Source: Minisyncoccota bacterium (GTDB lineage Bacteria > Patescibacteriota > Minisyncoccia > UBA9983). From it: 64,000 nucleotides of DNA. Under the pieces are notes generated by a model. The model saw only the letters and a program-made list of their open reading frames with translations, was not told the DNA's origin and searched no databases. Position 1 is the first letter of the stretch; each line of letters begins with the position of its first letter. The position numbers and the translations under genes are program-made. Where the stretch lies: assembly GCA_041648395.1 (NCBI GenBank), contig JBAZPC010000002.1, forward strand, positions 29,181-93,180, read 5' to 3'. This document shows positions 35,659 through 45,603 of this stretch, in pieces.

Positions 35659-38158
35659 TCCTAATAGGGACACTTACTTCCGTTTTGTTTCTTGCTTTGT
35701 CGTAGGCGACAATTTTTAACGTGGCGCTGTCGCTGATTCCCGCCACGGCGGACGGCGCGAAAGAAAAATTAAACGGTTCTTTGTTTAACGAGCCGAGATA
35801 GGTGTTGTTTAAAAAATAATCAACCTGATCCAATCCGAATCTGCTCTGAACCGACAAGCTCACGTTTATGTTGGAGTTCAAATTATAAACTCCTTCTCTT
35901 GTTGGAGAAATTATATTTATTGTCGGAGCGTATTCCGGCCTGTGAACGTCGTCAAATTCTTTCGGCGCGTCGTTAATCGTCTGGTCTTTAATTCCTTGTC
36001 TTGCTGCCCAATCGCGGACAGGTTTCTCCCAAAGTTCAAACTGCGAATCGCTTGCCGGATTTTCCGGTTTCGGTCCGAGCGGATTATTTTTATCAAGCCA
36101 ATACAAAATTGAATGAACTTGAGTGATTGGTTTTTCCACGATAAGTTCTTGGGGGGTGAATTGCGTCGCCAGCTTGCCGGAAATTTTATCTATCTTATAT
36201 GTTTCTCCTCCTTGCCATTCACCGCGAAGAACCGGCTTCGGTTCATTCATTTTTTGTGGAGATTCAAACTCTTCTTTCGGCAGGTCGCTGAAGGCCTCCG
36301 TGAAAAAAGCGTTCCATAACGGCGCGGCGATAAAGCCGGCAACTTTTTTCTCCATGGAAGAATTATCATTGTTTCCGCACCAGACACCCACGGCCAAATT
36401 TGGCGTGTAGCCAAGAACCCAAGCGTCGCGGTAGTCGTTAGTTGTGCCTGTTTTTACCGCCACCTGCCTGTCGGGAAAATAAAGGGCGGATGTTTGGCCA
36501 AAGGCCGGCGCGCGCGCGGTATTATCGGAAAGAATGTCCGTAATTAAAAGGGCGATATTTTTATCCAGAACTTGGTCCGCGGATGATTTATATTCCTCAA
36601 GAATATTTCCTCGGCTGTCTTCAATTTTTAAAATCCCGGTAGTTTTATTTTTTACGCCGTTGTCGGCAAAAACGGAATAAGCTCCAGTCATTTCCAAAAG
36701 AGAAACCTCTCCGCCCCCGAGAACAAGGGTGAGGCCGTATCTGGAAGGGTCAGTTAATGTGCTGATCCCCATGTCGCCCATTGTTTCTAGAGAATCGTTT
36801 ATGCTGGCGAGGTAAAGGGTCTTAACAGAAGGAATATTTATTGACTGAGCCAAGGCATTTCTTAAAATGACATGGCCGCGAAAAACGTGGTCGTAATTTT
36901 CCGGAGAATAGCATTCCTCCTGTTTTGTGTTTGTCCCGGGCTTGGGCGTGTGGTCGGGATTGCAGGAGCTGTTGAATTCCGTGTCCAAATCAAAGAGGAC
37001 GGTGTCGGGCGTAAATCCTTTTTTGAAGGCCGTGGCGTAAACGAATGGTTTTATAGACGAGCCCGGCTGGCGACGAGCGAGAGTAACGTTGAAATTTCCG
37101 CCGTCTTCTTCATTAAAGTAGTCCTTTGAGCCGACCATCGCCAAAATTTGGCCGGTCTTCGGGTCAATAGCTACAAGCGCGGCGTTGGAGGCGTTAAATT
37201 TTTCCTTATTTTCCGCCGCGTACTTTGCCACCAATTCTTCCGCTTTCGCCTGCAGTTTATAATCAAGGGTGGTTAAGACCTTCAGCCCGTCTTGCTCCAA
37301 AACGTCTTTTCCGTATTTGCTTTCCAAATATGATCTTATGAAAATTGAAAAATGCGGGGCCTTAAGCGACTGGTCGCCTTTGTTCATAAAGCTGACTTTT
37401 TCCTTTTTCGCCAGCGCCTCCTCCTCTTCGCTTATAAAACCCAATTCCTTCATTCTTTTTAAGACAAGATTTTTTCTTTCTTCCAGTTCGTTTCTGTGGT
37501 CGCCATAGGGAGAATAATAAGTCGGCGCTTGCGGCAGCGCCGCGAGATACGCCGACTCCGCCAAATCAAGCTGGCCGGCCGGCTTGCCGAAAAAATTCTG
37601 GCTGGACGCCTCAATGCCGTAGTTGCTTCCGCCGTAAGGTATTTCATTCAGATATAATTCAAGAATTTTGTCTTTAGACGTTACCCGTTCAAGTTTTAAT
37701 GTGAGTATCACTTCTTTTATTTTTCTTAAAAAACTTTTATCGCGAGTTAAGAGGGAGTTTTTTATAAGTTGCTGGGAAATAGTTGACCCCCCTTGCTTAA
37801 TGGAACCGGAACCAATGTTGGTAATCATCGCTCTGGCTATTCCGACAAAATCAATACCGTGATGCTGGTAAAAAGTGGAGTCCTCTATGGCGACGGTGGC
37901 GTTTTTTAAATGCCGGGAAATTTGGTCCAAAGGCACCGAGGTTCGCTTGATGTTTTGATGGATATCCCAAAGGAGAACCTTTCCGGTCTTATCGTATATT
38001 TTTGTGGACTGGACAACTTTCCGGCTTTCAAACGCCTCAAAGTCCGGCATTTTTAAAGCGGATATCCAATAAGCAAAAACACTGGCGCCGATTCCGGCTA
38101 GCATTACGGCGAGAAAAATTATTCTATAAAGGAAAGGAAATCTTTTACTTGAAAACAT
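35648..38158 (-). CDS. Class A penicillin-binding protein (PBP1A: glycosyltransferase + transpeptidase)
   Basis: GT51 motifs (EDSTFYQHHGIDF, GGSTISQQL), transpeptidase SxxK/SxN/KTG-like motifs (KTGTTND) and a C-terminal extension. 836 aa. Confidence 0.9.
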   Translation of the reverse strand: MFSSKRFPFLYRIIFLAVMLAGIGASVFAYWISALKMPDFEAFESRKVVQSTKIYDKTGKVLLWDIHQNIKRTSVPLDQISRHLKNATVAIEDSTFYQHHGIDFVGIARAMITNIGSGSIKQGGSTISQQLIKNSLLTRDKSFLRKIKEVILTLKLERVTSKDKILELYLNEIPYGGSNYGIEASSQNFFGKPAGQLDLAESAYLAALPQAPTYYSPYGDHRNELEERKNLVLKRMKELGFISEEEEALAKKEKVSFMNKGDQSLKAPHFSIFIRSYLESKYGKDVLEQDGLKVLTTLDYKLQAKAEELVAKYAAENKEKFNASNAALVAIDPKTGQILAMVGSKDYFNEEDGGNFNVTLARRQPGSSIKPFVYATAFKKGFTPDTVLFDLDTEFNSSCNPDHTPKPGTNTKQEECYSPENYDHVFRGHVILRNALAQSINIPSVKTLYLASINDSLETMGDMGISTLTDPSRYGLTLVLGGGEVSLLEMTGAYSVFADNGVKNKTTGILKIEDSRGNILEEYKSSADQVLDKNIALLITDILSDNTARAPAFGQTSALYFPDRQVAVKTGTTNDYRDAWVLGYTPNLAVGVWCGNNDNSSMEKKVAGFIAAPLWNAFFTEAFSDLPKEEFESPQKMNEPKPVLRGEWQGGETYKIDKISGKLATQFTPQELIVEKPITQVHSILYWLDKNNPLGPKPENPASDSQFELWEKPVRDWAARQGIKDQTINDAPKEFDDVHRPEYAPTINIISPTREGVYNLNSNINVSLSVQSRFGLDQVDYFLNNTYLGSLNKEPFNFSFAPSAVAGISDSATLKIVAYDKARNKTEVSVPIRINY

Positions 38159-38514
38159 TATCTAATATGTTAGTTCCAAAACTTGTTTTTGGCAAACAAA
38201 ATAAAAAGGTCCTATGCGAAAACACAGGACCCGAGACGGCGAGGAGTTAGAAGCCGACAATTATGGCTGCCAGCGCCTTTTTGGCTTCTGTGGGCTGTTT
38301 TTCCACAAACACCCTTTTCAGAGTGTCATGGAAAATTTCCTCCCTTATCTCTTTTTTTCTCCTTTCAATTCTTTTCGTAAAAGAATTTTCTTTTACGAAA
38401 TCATCCAAAAGATTTAACATAATTCACCTCCTTTATTTTTTCTTCCTACATTGTAGCACCTCTGTATTTTTTGTCAATAGTGCCGGAAAAGCCCTTAAAT
38501 GCTACTATCTAAAC

Positions 38515-39669
38515 ATGAAAGACGAGCAAAAGATAAAAGAATTACTGGACAGAGGAGTAAAAAAAATAATAAGCCGGGAAAGTTTGGAAAAAAAACTTAA
38601 ATCGGGAAAAATTTTGCGAATCAAACACGGGGTTGACCCGACAACACCCGACCTGCATCTTGGTTACGCGGTTATTTACAGAAAACTAAAACAATTCCAA
38701 GATCTCGGCCACAAGGTTGTTTTTTTAATCGGCGACTTTACCGGCCGCTTCGGCGATCCGACGGAAAAAACGGAAACCAGAAAAATGCGAGAGAAAAAAG
38801 AAGTCAAAGCCCTGGCAAAAAATTATATAAGCCAAGTCGGGAAAATTCTTGACGCTAAAAAACTTGAGATAAGATACAACGGCGACTGGTATGACAAAAT
38901 GAGCGCCGAGGAACTTCTCCATTTGATGTCAAAGTTTACCACAGCCCAAATGATGCAAAGAGAAATGTTTCAAGAACGCGCAGGGAAAGGGCTTGAGACG
39001 GGATTACACGAACCGGTTTATCCCGTGCTTCAAGGATATGATTCAGTGATGCTTAAGTCGGACGCGACGGCGATAGGAAGCGATCAGGAATTCAACGAGC
39101 TTCAAGGAAGAAGGCTGCAGGAAATATATAATCAAGCGCCGCAGGATTTGGTGATTATGCCGATTTTAACCGGGCTGGATGGAGAGAAAAAAATGAGCCA
39201 AAGCTTGGGAAATTATATTGGCATTACCGAGGCGCCGGAGGCGCAATACGGAAAAATTATGTCTATTCCGGATAAGTTATTATCTGAATACTTTGGATTA
39301 CTGACGGACTTAAGTTTTAATGAAAAAGAAAATCCACGGGATGCGAAAATGCGTTTGGCTTTTGAAATCGTAAAAACTTATCATTCTGAAAAAGAGGCGA
39401 AGAAGGCACAAGAAAATTTTGTTAATCTTTTTCAGAAAAAAGAAATACCTACTGATATTCCGGAAATTAAAATCAAAAAAGAAGAAGCGCTCGGCGATAT
39501 TCTTGTTGAAAATAAAATTATTTCGTCAAAAGGCGAGTTTAGAAGATTGTTAACAGAGAATGCGATAGACGTTGATGGAAAAACAATCACCGATGTTCAT
39601 TATAAAATAGAAAAAACCGCGATTATAAAAATCGGCAAAAGAAAATTCGTAAAAATTATCTTAGCTTAA
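38515..39669 (+). CDS. tyrS: Tyrosine--tRNA ligase
   Basis: HIGH-region variant (DPTTPDLHLGY), KMSQS (KMSKS motif) and a C-terminal S4-like domain. The start is trimmed from the track ORF (38263) to ATG 38515. Confidence 0.9.
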   Translation: MKDEQKIKELLDRGVKKIISRESLEKKLKSGKILRIKHGVDPTTPDLHLGYAVIYRKLKQFQDLGHKVVFLIGDFTGRFGDPTEKTETRKMREKKEVKALAKNYISQVGKILDAKKLEIRYNGDWYDKMSAEELLHLMSKFTTAQMMQREMFQERAGKGLETGLHEPVYPVLQGYDSVMLKSDATAIGSDQEFNELQGRRLQEIYNQAPQDLVIMPILTGLDGEKKMSQSLGNYIGITEAPEAQYGKIMSIPDKLLSEYFGLLTDLSFNEKENPRDAKMRLAFEIVKTYHSEKEAKKAQENFVNLFQKKEIPTDIPEIKIKKEEALGDILVENKIISSKGEFRRLLTENAIDVDGKTITDVHYKIEKTAIIKIGKRKFVKIILA

Positions 39670-39798
39670 TTACTCTTCGTCGTTTGCGCTTGCGAAGTCG
39701 CTGAAATCCTCCTCCTCGTCCACTTCAGCCGGCGCATCGGTTTCCGCGCTGAGTTCATCCTCTTCTCCCTCTAAGTCATATAAATATAAATCTTGCAT
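39670..39798 (-). CDS. Acidic mini-protein (42 aa) MQDLYLYDLEGEEDELSAETDAPAEVDEEEDFSDFASANDEE
   Basis: Own translation. It is convergent with tyrS and shares a stop region with it. Confidence 0.2.
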   Translation of the reverse strand: MQDLYLYDLEGEEDELSAETDAPAEVDEEEDFSDFASANDEE

Positions 39799-39861
39799 AC
39801 TCTCTATTTATCAAAAATATTTTTTTTGGCAAGTGGAAAAGTCACCCCTGTGGATAACCTC

Positions 39862-40344
39862 TCAATATGCTCGGGGCATGCCTACGCTAGAGCAGGTTAT
39901 GGCGCAGGCGATGGCGTCCATTTCGTCGTCTGATTTAGGCGCTTTTTTGAGTTTTAATATTGCTTTCACCATGCTTTGGACTTGCGGTTTCTCCGCCCTA
40001 CCGTAGCCGGTCAAAGCCATTTTTATTTCCAAGGGGGTGAATTCTTTGACGCGAATGTTGTTCAAGGCCGCCAGATAAAGGACCATACCCCTCGCTTCGG
40101 CCACGCCCATTATCGTTTTTTGGTTTTTAAAGAGGAAAAGCTTTTCAACGGCAACAATATCCGGCTTGTGTTTTTTTATTATTTTTTCCAATTTTTCGCC
40201 AAGCGACAAAAGGCGCTGTTCATGCGCGAGCTTTTTGTCTGACTCAAGACAGGTTGAATAAATTAATTTTTCGCCCTTGGCGGTTTTTTCCAAAACCGCG
40301 CAACCAAGCCGGTCAAATCCTGGATCAATGCCTAAAATTATCAT
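39862..40344 (-). CDS. ruvC: Crossover junction endodeoxyribonuclease RuvC
   Basis: MIILGIDPGFDRLGCAV... with catalytic Asp/Glu pattern. 160 aa. Confidence 0.9.
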   Translation of the reverse strand: MIILGIDPGFDRLGCAVLEKTAKGEKLIYSTCLESDKKLAHEQRLLSLGEKLEKIIKKHKPDIVAVEKLFLFKNQKTIMGVAEARGMVLYLAALNNIRVKEFTPLEIKMALTGYGRAEKPQVQSMVKAILKLKKAPKSDDEMDAIACAITCSSVGMPRAY

Positions 40345-40350
40345 AAAATT

Positions 40351-40884
40351 TTATTCCGCATTGGTATAAATATCTTGTATATCGTCGTGGTTGTCCAATT
40401 CTTCAAGAAGTTTATCAAGCGCCTCGGCGTCTTGCTCGCTTAATTCAATAGTGTTTTTTGGAATGTATTTGCCTTCCTTATTTTCAAAAGCCCATATTAC
40501 AGCGCCGGTTTGCGCTAGATTAGCGCCGTTTTTTGAAAGCAGGTGTTTTATCTCTTGTGTCGTCCTGTTTTTATTATCTGTGATTCCTTCTATAACAATT
40601 GCCGTTCCGCCGGGGCCATACGCTTCATAGCGCACATTTTCCAGCTGCGCTCCTTCCAATTTGCCGGCGCCTTTTTTAATGGCGCGTTCAATATTGTCGG
40701 CCGGCATGTTTGCTTCCTTTGCTTTTTCAATAGCAACGCGAAGTTCCGGATTCATATCCGGTTTTTCTCCTTTTCTCGCGGCGAGAGAAATAATTTTGCT
40801 CAACTTCCCAAAAATCTGGCTCCGCTTCGCGTCAGTCACTCCCTTCTGCCTTTTAATTTGAGACCATTTGCTGTGTCCGGACAT
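40351..40884 (-). CDS. YebC/PmpR-family transcriptional regulator (short, 177 aa)
   Basis: MSGHSKWSQIKRQKGVTDAKR...NIERAIKKG signature. It lacks about 60 aa relative to typical YebC. Confidence 0.75.
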   Translation of the reverse strand: MSGHSKWSQIKRQKGVTDAKRSQIFGKLSKIISLAARKGEKPDMNPELRVAIEKAKEANMPADNIERAIKKGAGKLEGAQLENVRYEAYGPGGTAIVIEGITDNKNRTTQEIKHLLSKNGANLAQTGAVIWAFENKEGKYIPKNTIELSEQDAEALDKLLEELDNHDDIQDIYTNAE

Positions 40885-40899
40885 ATAATTAAGTATAAA

Positions 40900-40926
40900 G
40901 CAGTCAGTATTCAGTAGCCAGTATGT
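40900..40926. repeat. Heptamer repeat (agtcagt attcagt agccagt), intergenic yebC / RM gene
   Basis: Same family, different context. Confidence 0.7.
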
Positions 40927-40985
40927 TAGCCACCGAGTGGCGCACAGATTGAAAAAACACTAAAAATGAAGGATAATTAAGCGCA

Positions 40986-43664
40986 ATGGATAAAAATTCA
41001 GCCAAACAAAAAATTCAGGAACTTGTTGAAAAATACGAGGAAGTTTTGAAATCAGGCAAGATAAAGGGATATACCGAGCAGGAAACAAAAAATGGTTTTA
41101 TTGAGCCGCTTTTTAAAATTTTGGGCTGGGACATGACGGATAAAAACGAAATTTCCCTAGAAGAGCAGATTTCCGGCGACCGCGCCGATTATGGCTTTTA
41201 TTTAAACGGCCGGGCCAAATTTTATCTTGAAGCAAAAAAGTTGTCGGCTGACCTGTGGAATGAAAAATTTGCCGAACAATGCATAAAATATTCTTGGAAC
41301 AAAGGCGTCACATGGGCGGTTTTAACTGACTTTGAAAATGTAAAAGTTTTTTGCGCCCAAGTGATAGACAAAAACTTAAACGACAAACTTCTTTTTGATA
41401 TTTCTTACAAAGAATTTATTGAGAGATTTGACCAGCTTTATTTATTATCCAAAGAGGCCTTTGAAAAGGACTTATTGGATGAGTATGCCACCAAAATCGG
41501 CAAAAAACTGCAAAAAGTTTCCGTCGGGGCAAAGCTGTATGAAGATTTGGACGAGTGCAGAAAACTTTTAACAAAAGACCTTCATACTTGGAATAAAGAC
41601 GTGCCGGATGACTTGTTAGATGAAGGCGTACAAAAGATTTTAGACAGATTGGTTTTTATCAGAGTGGCGGAAGACAGGGGAATTGAGTTATCAACTCTCA
41701 AACCGATGATTAACCAATGGAAAACCAGCGGCAAGAATGAAACTCTTTACGAATCAATGGTTGGAAAATTTAGAGAGATGGACGAGACATATAATTCCAA
41801 CTTATTTAGCCCGCATCCGTTTGAAAAATGGGAAGACCACAGCGACGCCACAAAAAAGGTCGTAAAAATTCTCTACGGCGAGGAGGGTTATTACGAATAC
41901 GACTTTAAAGTTATGCCGGCGGATATTTTGGGAGGCGTCTACGAAAGTTATCTCGGGCATCGTCTGCAAAAAGCCAAAAAGGGGCTAACCATAAACAAGG
42001 ACGCCAAGAAGAGAAAAGAGCAGGGGATTTATTACACGCCGGAATTTATTGTTGACTACATAGTTAAAAACGCGCTGAAGCCGGTTTTGGACAAATGCCA
42101 AAGCGTTAACGATTTAAAAAAGATAAAGGTTTTAGATCCGGCTTGCGGTTCCGGTTCTTTTTTATTGAAAGCCGTTGATTTGATAAGCGATAAATACAAA
42201 GAGTTCGGCAATCATAGCGAATTCACAAAGTTGACGATATTGCACGAAAATATCTACGGCGTGGATTTGGACGAAAAAGCGATAGAAATCGCGCGGCTTA
42301 ATTTGCTGATAAACGCGCTGGAGAAAAGGATGAAATTGCCGATTTTAAAAAATATCAGAAACGGCAATTCGCTTATTTCCGGCACGGACGAAGAACTGCA
42401 AAAATATTTCGGCAAAAATTTCCGCGACAAAAAACCATTCAACTGGCAAGAAGAATTTCCGGAAGTATTCAAGGAGGGCGGTTTTGATGTAATAATAGGC
42501 AACCCGCCGTATGTTCAATCTAGAAACCTAAATGACGACGAGCGACATTTTTATTGGAGCAAGTATTTAACTGATACTAACCATTCTGATATTTATTCAT
42601 TTTTTATTGAAAAATCAATAGATATTTTGAAAGAGAAAGGATTTTTGAGCTTTATTACTCCAAATACATGGTTACAAACACCGAGCTTTAAATCTGCTAG
42701 AAAAAAGATTTTTGACGAGAGTAAAGTATTAAAAATCCTGACCTTTGATGAGGGGATAAAAATATTTGGTGACGCCCAAGTATCGAGTGTTGTTTTTGTT
42801 TTACAAAGAGAAGCAGACAACAAAGCAATAGGAAGCAGTCATATAGAGATAGAAAAAGGCGGGATTAACCAAAAGATTAATGAGATAAGTAAAATTAAGC
42901 AAAAAGAAATTGACTCAGAAAAAGGATTCAATATTTTTACAAGCCAAAAACCTCAAAAGATCTTAGATAAAATACTATTAAATTCTGTTGTTTTGGATGA
43001 TATTGGTGAAATTGTTGGTGGCTTAAGAACGGGAGACGATAAAAGATTTTTAAAAGATAAATTAAGCGACCCAGATGATAGAAAATTACTCAGAGGACGA
43101 AATGTAAGCCGTTATTGTTTAGAATGGAATGGAGAATATGTTTGGTATAAACCAGAGATGATGAAGGTTAAACAAGCAGCAGCACCCAAAGAAGCAAAAT
43201 TTTTTGAGGCGAAAGAAAAGCTATTGGTTAGAATGATAACTGGCGGACAACTTATTGCTACCTTTGACGACAATGGCTTTTACTTTTTACAAGATAATCT
43301 TATTTTACCAAAAGAAAAATATAATATTAAATATTTACTAGCCGTTTTAAATTCAAAATTGTCAGGGTTTATAGTTAAAAATTCCGTGTCTAATATAGCA
43401 ATAACACAATCTTTGTTAAAGAAGTTCCCAATTTTTAAAATAGATTTTTCAAATCTAAAAGAAAAAGACAAGCATGACGAGTTAGTTAAATTAGCCGATA
43501 AAATGTTAGATCTAAATAAAGAACTTCAAAAAGTGGAAGAAAATTCTGATAAATGGCATTCTATAAAATCAGAAATAGAAAAAACGGACAAAAAGATAGA
43601 TGAGGAGGTTTATAAATTGTATGGATTGACGGAAGAGGAGATAAGAGTTGTGGAGGGGAAATAA
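40986..43664 (+). CDS. Type IIG restriction-modification enzyme (fused PD-(D/E)xK endonuclease + gamma-class N6-adenine methyltransferase + target-recognition region)
   Basis: N-terminal D...EAK nuclease-like core (GDRADYGFY...FYLEAKKL), MTase motif I LDPACGSGSFLL and motif IV IIGNPPYV, then a long C-terminal region. 892 aa. Confidence 0.7.
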   Translation: MDKNSAKQKIQELVEKYEEVLKSGKIKGYTEQETKNGFIEPLFKILGWDMTDKNEISLEEQISGDRADYGFYLNGRAKFYLEAKKLSADLWNEKFAEQCIKYSWNKGVTWAVLTDFENVKVFCAQVIDKNLNDKLLFDISYKEFIERFDQLYLLSKEAFEKDLLDEYATKIGKKLQKVSVGAKLYEDLDECRKLLTKDLHTWNKDVPDDLLDEGVQKILDRLVFIRVAEDRGIELSTLKPMINQWKTSGKNETLYESMVGKFREMDETYNSNLFSPHPFEKWEDHSDATKKVVKILYGEEGYYEYDFKVMPADILGGVYESYLGHRLQKAKKGLTINKDAKKRKEQGIYYTPEFIVDYIVKNALKPVLDKCQSVNDLKKIKVLDPACGSGSFLLKAVDLISDKYKEFGNHSEFTKLTILHENIYGVDLDEKAIEIARLNLLINALEKRMKLPILKNIRNGNSLISGTDEELQKYFGKNFRDKKPFNWQEEFPEVFKEGGFDVIIGNPPYVQSRNLNDDERHFYWSKYLTDTNHSDIYSFFIEKSIDILKEKGFLSFITPNTWLQTPSFKSARKKIFDESKVLKILTFDEGIKIFGDAQVSSVVFVLQREADNKAIGSSHIEIEKGGINQKINEISKIKQKEIDSEKGFNIFTSQKPQKILDKILLNSVVLDDIGEIVGGLRTGDDKRFLKDKLSDPDDRKLLRGRNVSRYCLEWNGEYVWYKPEMMKVKQAAAPKEAKFFEAKEKLLVRMITGGQLIATFDDNGFYFLQDNLILPKEKYNIKYLLAVLNSKLSGFIVKNSVSNIAITQSLLKKFPIFKIDFSNLKEKDKHDELVKLADKMLDLNKELQKVEENSDKWHSIKSEIEKTDKKIDEEVYKLYGLTEEEIRVVEGK

Positions 43665-43671
43665 AATTTAT

Positions 43672-44184
43672 ATGAAAAACAAAACACCTCAAAAAAAACA
43701 GCCAAAACAATTAAGGACAGCTAGACTCTCTGTGAGTGTCGCAATCCAAGATGCCTTAGAAGTTGGTAAAATTTTAAAAAAATTTGTGGAGATTTTTGGT
43801 GTTTATGATGAGAAAAAGCGTACTGAAATTAAAAATCGTAAAGTTGTTAACGAAGAAATAACAATTAATTTATCTGGATATGAGCTTACTCGAATAAATG
43901 GAGCTTTGCGCGATTATTTAACACTAAGGATAGCAAATATCTTTGATTCGCGTCCTGCTTGCAAATCCCTAAAAGATTATCCCGATATAGATTTAAACAA
44001 AATTAAAAAAATACCGGAAATAAAAAAAATCTTACATGCTCGTGATAATTGGATTGGTCATATCAACAAAAGATTTATTGGACCAGTCGATAAAAAAGTA
44101 CTCTATGGCAAGAAAGTTATTGATTTGTTGCGACAAATTGAAATATTAGTGTGCACCGAAACCATTAAAGAAAAAAACAATTAA
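43672..44184 (+). CDS. Hypothetical protein with possible HEPN-like R-x5-H motif, just downstream of the RM gene
   Basis: HARDNWIGH near the C-terminus. Its start is 8 bp after the RM stop. No other recognisable domain. Confidence 0.3.
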   Translation: MKNKTPQKKQPKQLRTARLSVSVAIQDALEVGKILKKFVEIFGVYDEKKRTEIKNRKVVNEEITINLSGYELTRINGALRDYLTLRIANIFDSRPACKSLKDYPDIDLNKIKKIPEIKKILHARDNWIGHINKRFIGPVDKKVLYGKKVIDLLRQIEILVCTETIKEKNN

Positions 44185-44333
44185 AAAATAACAAAATAAA
44201 TTTATGGCAAAGGCGACATATAAAAACAAAGAAGATTTAAAAAACGCAAAGGAAACAAAAAAATGGAACAAGAAACGGAAAATACCATAAAGCAATTTGT
44301 TGATAAGCGAAACAGGCAAAAAGGAGTAAAAAA

Positions 44334-44520
44334 GTTCTCCCCCCGCTCTTGCGAACGGGGGGCGAGGCCGAAGCCACTTGTGCTTTTATCTTATATCTTT
44401 AACCCCCCGAAGTCAATCCTTTGTGGGTAAACCCCGCCACTCGCGAGTGGCGGGGTAAACAAAAAACCGCCCTTCGACAAGCTCGGGGCGGTTTTTCTCA
44501 GATCAACCCCGCCGAAGCGG
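44334..44520. terminator. Cluster of four consecutive GC hairpins downstream of cspA
   Basis: The four hairpins are ccccccgctcttgcgaacgggggg, ccccgccactcgcgagtggcgggg, aaccgcccttcgacaagctcggggcggtt and ccccgccgaagcgggg. Confidence 0.6.
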
Positions 44521-44528
44521 GGCAGGGA

Positions 44529-44735
44529 TTATGCTTTTGTAACGTTCACGGCGTTCAATCCTTTTTCAGTTTTTTCAACATCAAAAGAAACTTCGTCGCC
44601 TTCTCTAAGATCGTTATATTGCAAACCTCCGGCAAGGTTATTGGAATGAAAGAATAAATCTTTCTGCTCTCCCTCTCGGGAAATAAATCCAAAGCCCTTT
44701 TCCGTAACCAATCTGGCTATTTTGCCTTTTTCCAT
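44529..44735 (-). CDS. cspA: Cold-shock protein CspA family
   Basis: GFGFI RNP1 motif (KGFGFISREG) and FFHSN (RNP2 region). 68 aa. Confidence 0.9.
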   Translation of the reverse strand: MEKGKIARLVTEKGFGFISREGEQKDLFFHSNNLAGGLQYNDLREGDEVSFDVEKTEKGLNAVNVTKA

Positions 44736-44841
44736 CTTTTTAAGGTTTAAGATAAAATGCTTGTAATAAATTAAAGAAACTCAACCTAATCTCTATAACT
44801 TTTCCATTATAGCAACTCCCGTATTGTTTGTCAACAAAAAG

Positions 44842-45603
44842 CTATAAAACCCCTATTTCCTGCTCCAGCCGCTTTTGCTCTATTATTAGTTTTTGCAGTT
44901 CCTGCTCGACAGCTGTTAGCCGCCTTTCTTCTCCTTCAATTTTTCTTTTTAATTCTACCTCTGTCCTTTTTGTTGAATTAGTTTGCGATTGGGATAAATT
45001 TTTGTTTTTTTCCAGCGCTTCAATCTCTTGCTCTATTTCTTTTTCCGCGTTGATTTTTCTAGCCAACTCTAATTCTTTTTTTGAGGCGCTGTCCGGCCCC
45101 TGATTTTTTAAAATAGACAGCTCCTCCTCCAGTTTGCTCAATTTTATTGTAATAAGCGTTACTTGTTGCTTTAACTTATCAAGCTCTTTTTTCTTGGTAT
45201 TAATTTCGTTCTGTTTAAGTGAGATTTTCTGCGCGCCGCTTCTCTTTTTTTGTCCCATTTCCATTTCAAATAATTCTATCTCTCTTCTTATTTTTTCTTT
45301 TTCTTGTTTTTTGTTTAGAATATCATCTTCTTTGAAATTTGTTCTGCCTGAATTTCTTGCTGATTGCTCGGCTATTCTTTCTTTGTTTTTTAAGTCATTC
45401 AGTGCCAAAGTCAGTCCGTTTTTTTCGCTTGTTTTCAAGGCGACTTTCCTTTTTATTTCTTCTAATTCTCTTTTTCGGGCGTCGATTTTTAATTTTTTAG
45501 CCTGTTCTTTTTGAAGACGCGCTCTTTCTTCAAATGCCATTGCTTCTTTCCTCGCTTCCTCCTCTATCCTTTTTTTATTTTCGTCTAATGGATTTACAAT
45601 CAT
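44842..45603 (-). CDS. Charged coiled-coil protein, unknown function
   Basis: 253 aa that is highly E/K/R-rich, immediately downstream of ruvB with a 4-bp overlap. Confidence 0.4.
   Translation of the reverse strand: MIVNPLDENKKRIEEEARKEAMAFEERARLQKEQAKKLKIDARKRELEEIKRKVALKTSEKNGLTLALNDLKNKERIAEQSARNSGRTNFKEDDILNKKQEKEKIRREIELFEMEMGQKKRSGAQKISLKQNEINTKKKELDKLKQQVTLITIKLSKLEEELSILKNQGPDSASKKELELARKINAEKEIEQEIEALEKNKNLSQSQTNSTKRTEVELKRKIEGEERRLTAVEQELQKLIIEQKRLEQEIGVL

Noticed and set aside
38160-38514. Long tyrS 5' leader checked for a T-box riboswitch.
   Set aside because: No T-box consensus (AATTAGGGTGGTACCGCG-like) or specifier/antiterminator arrangement was recognisable by eye, so it is left unannotated.
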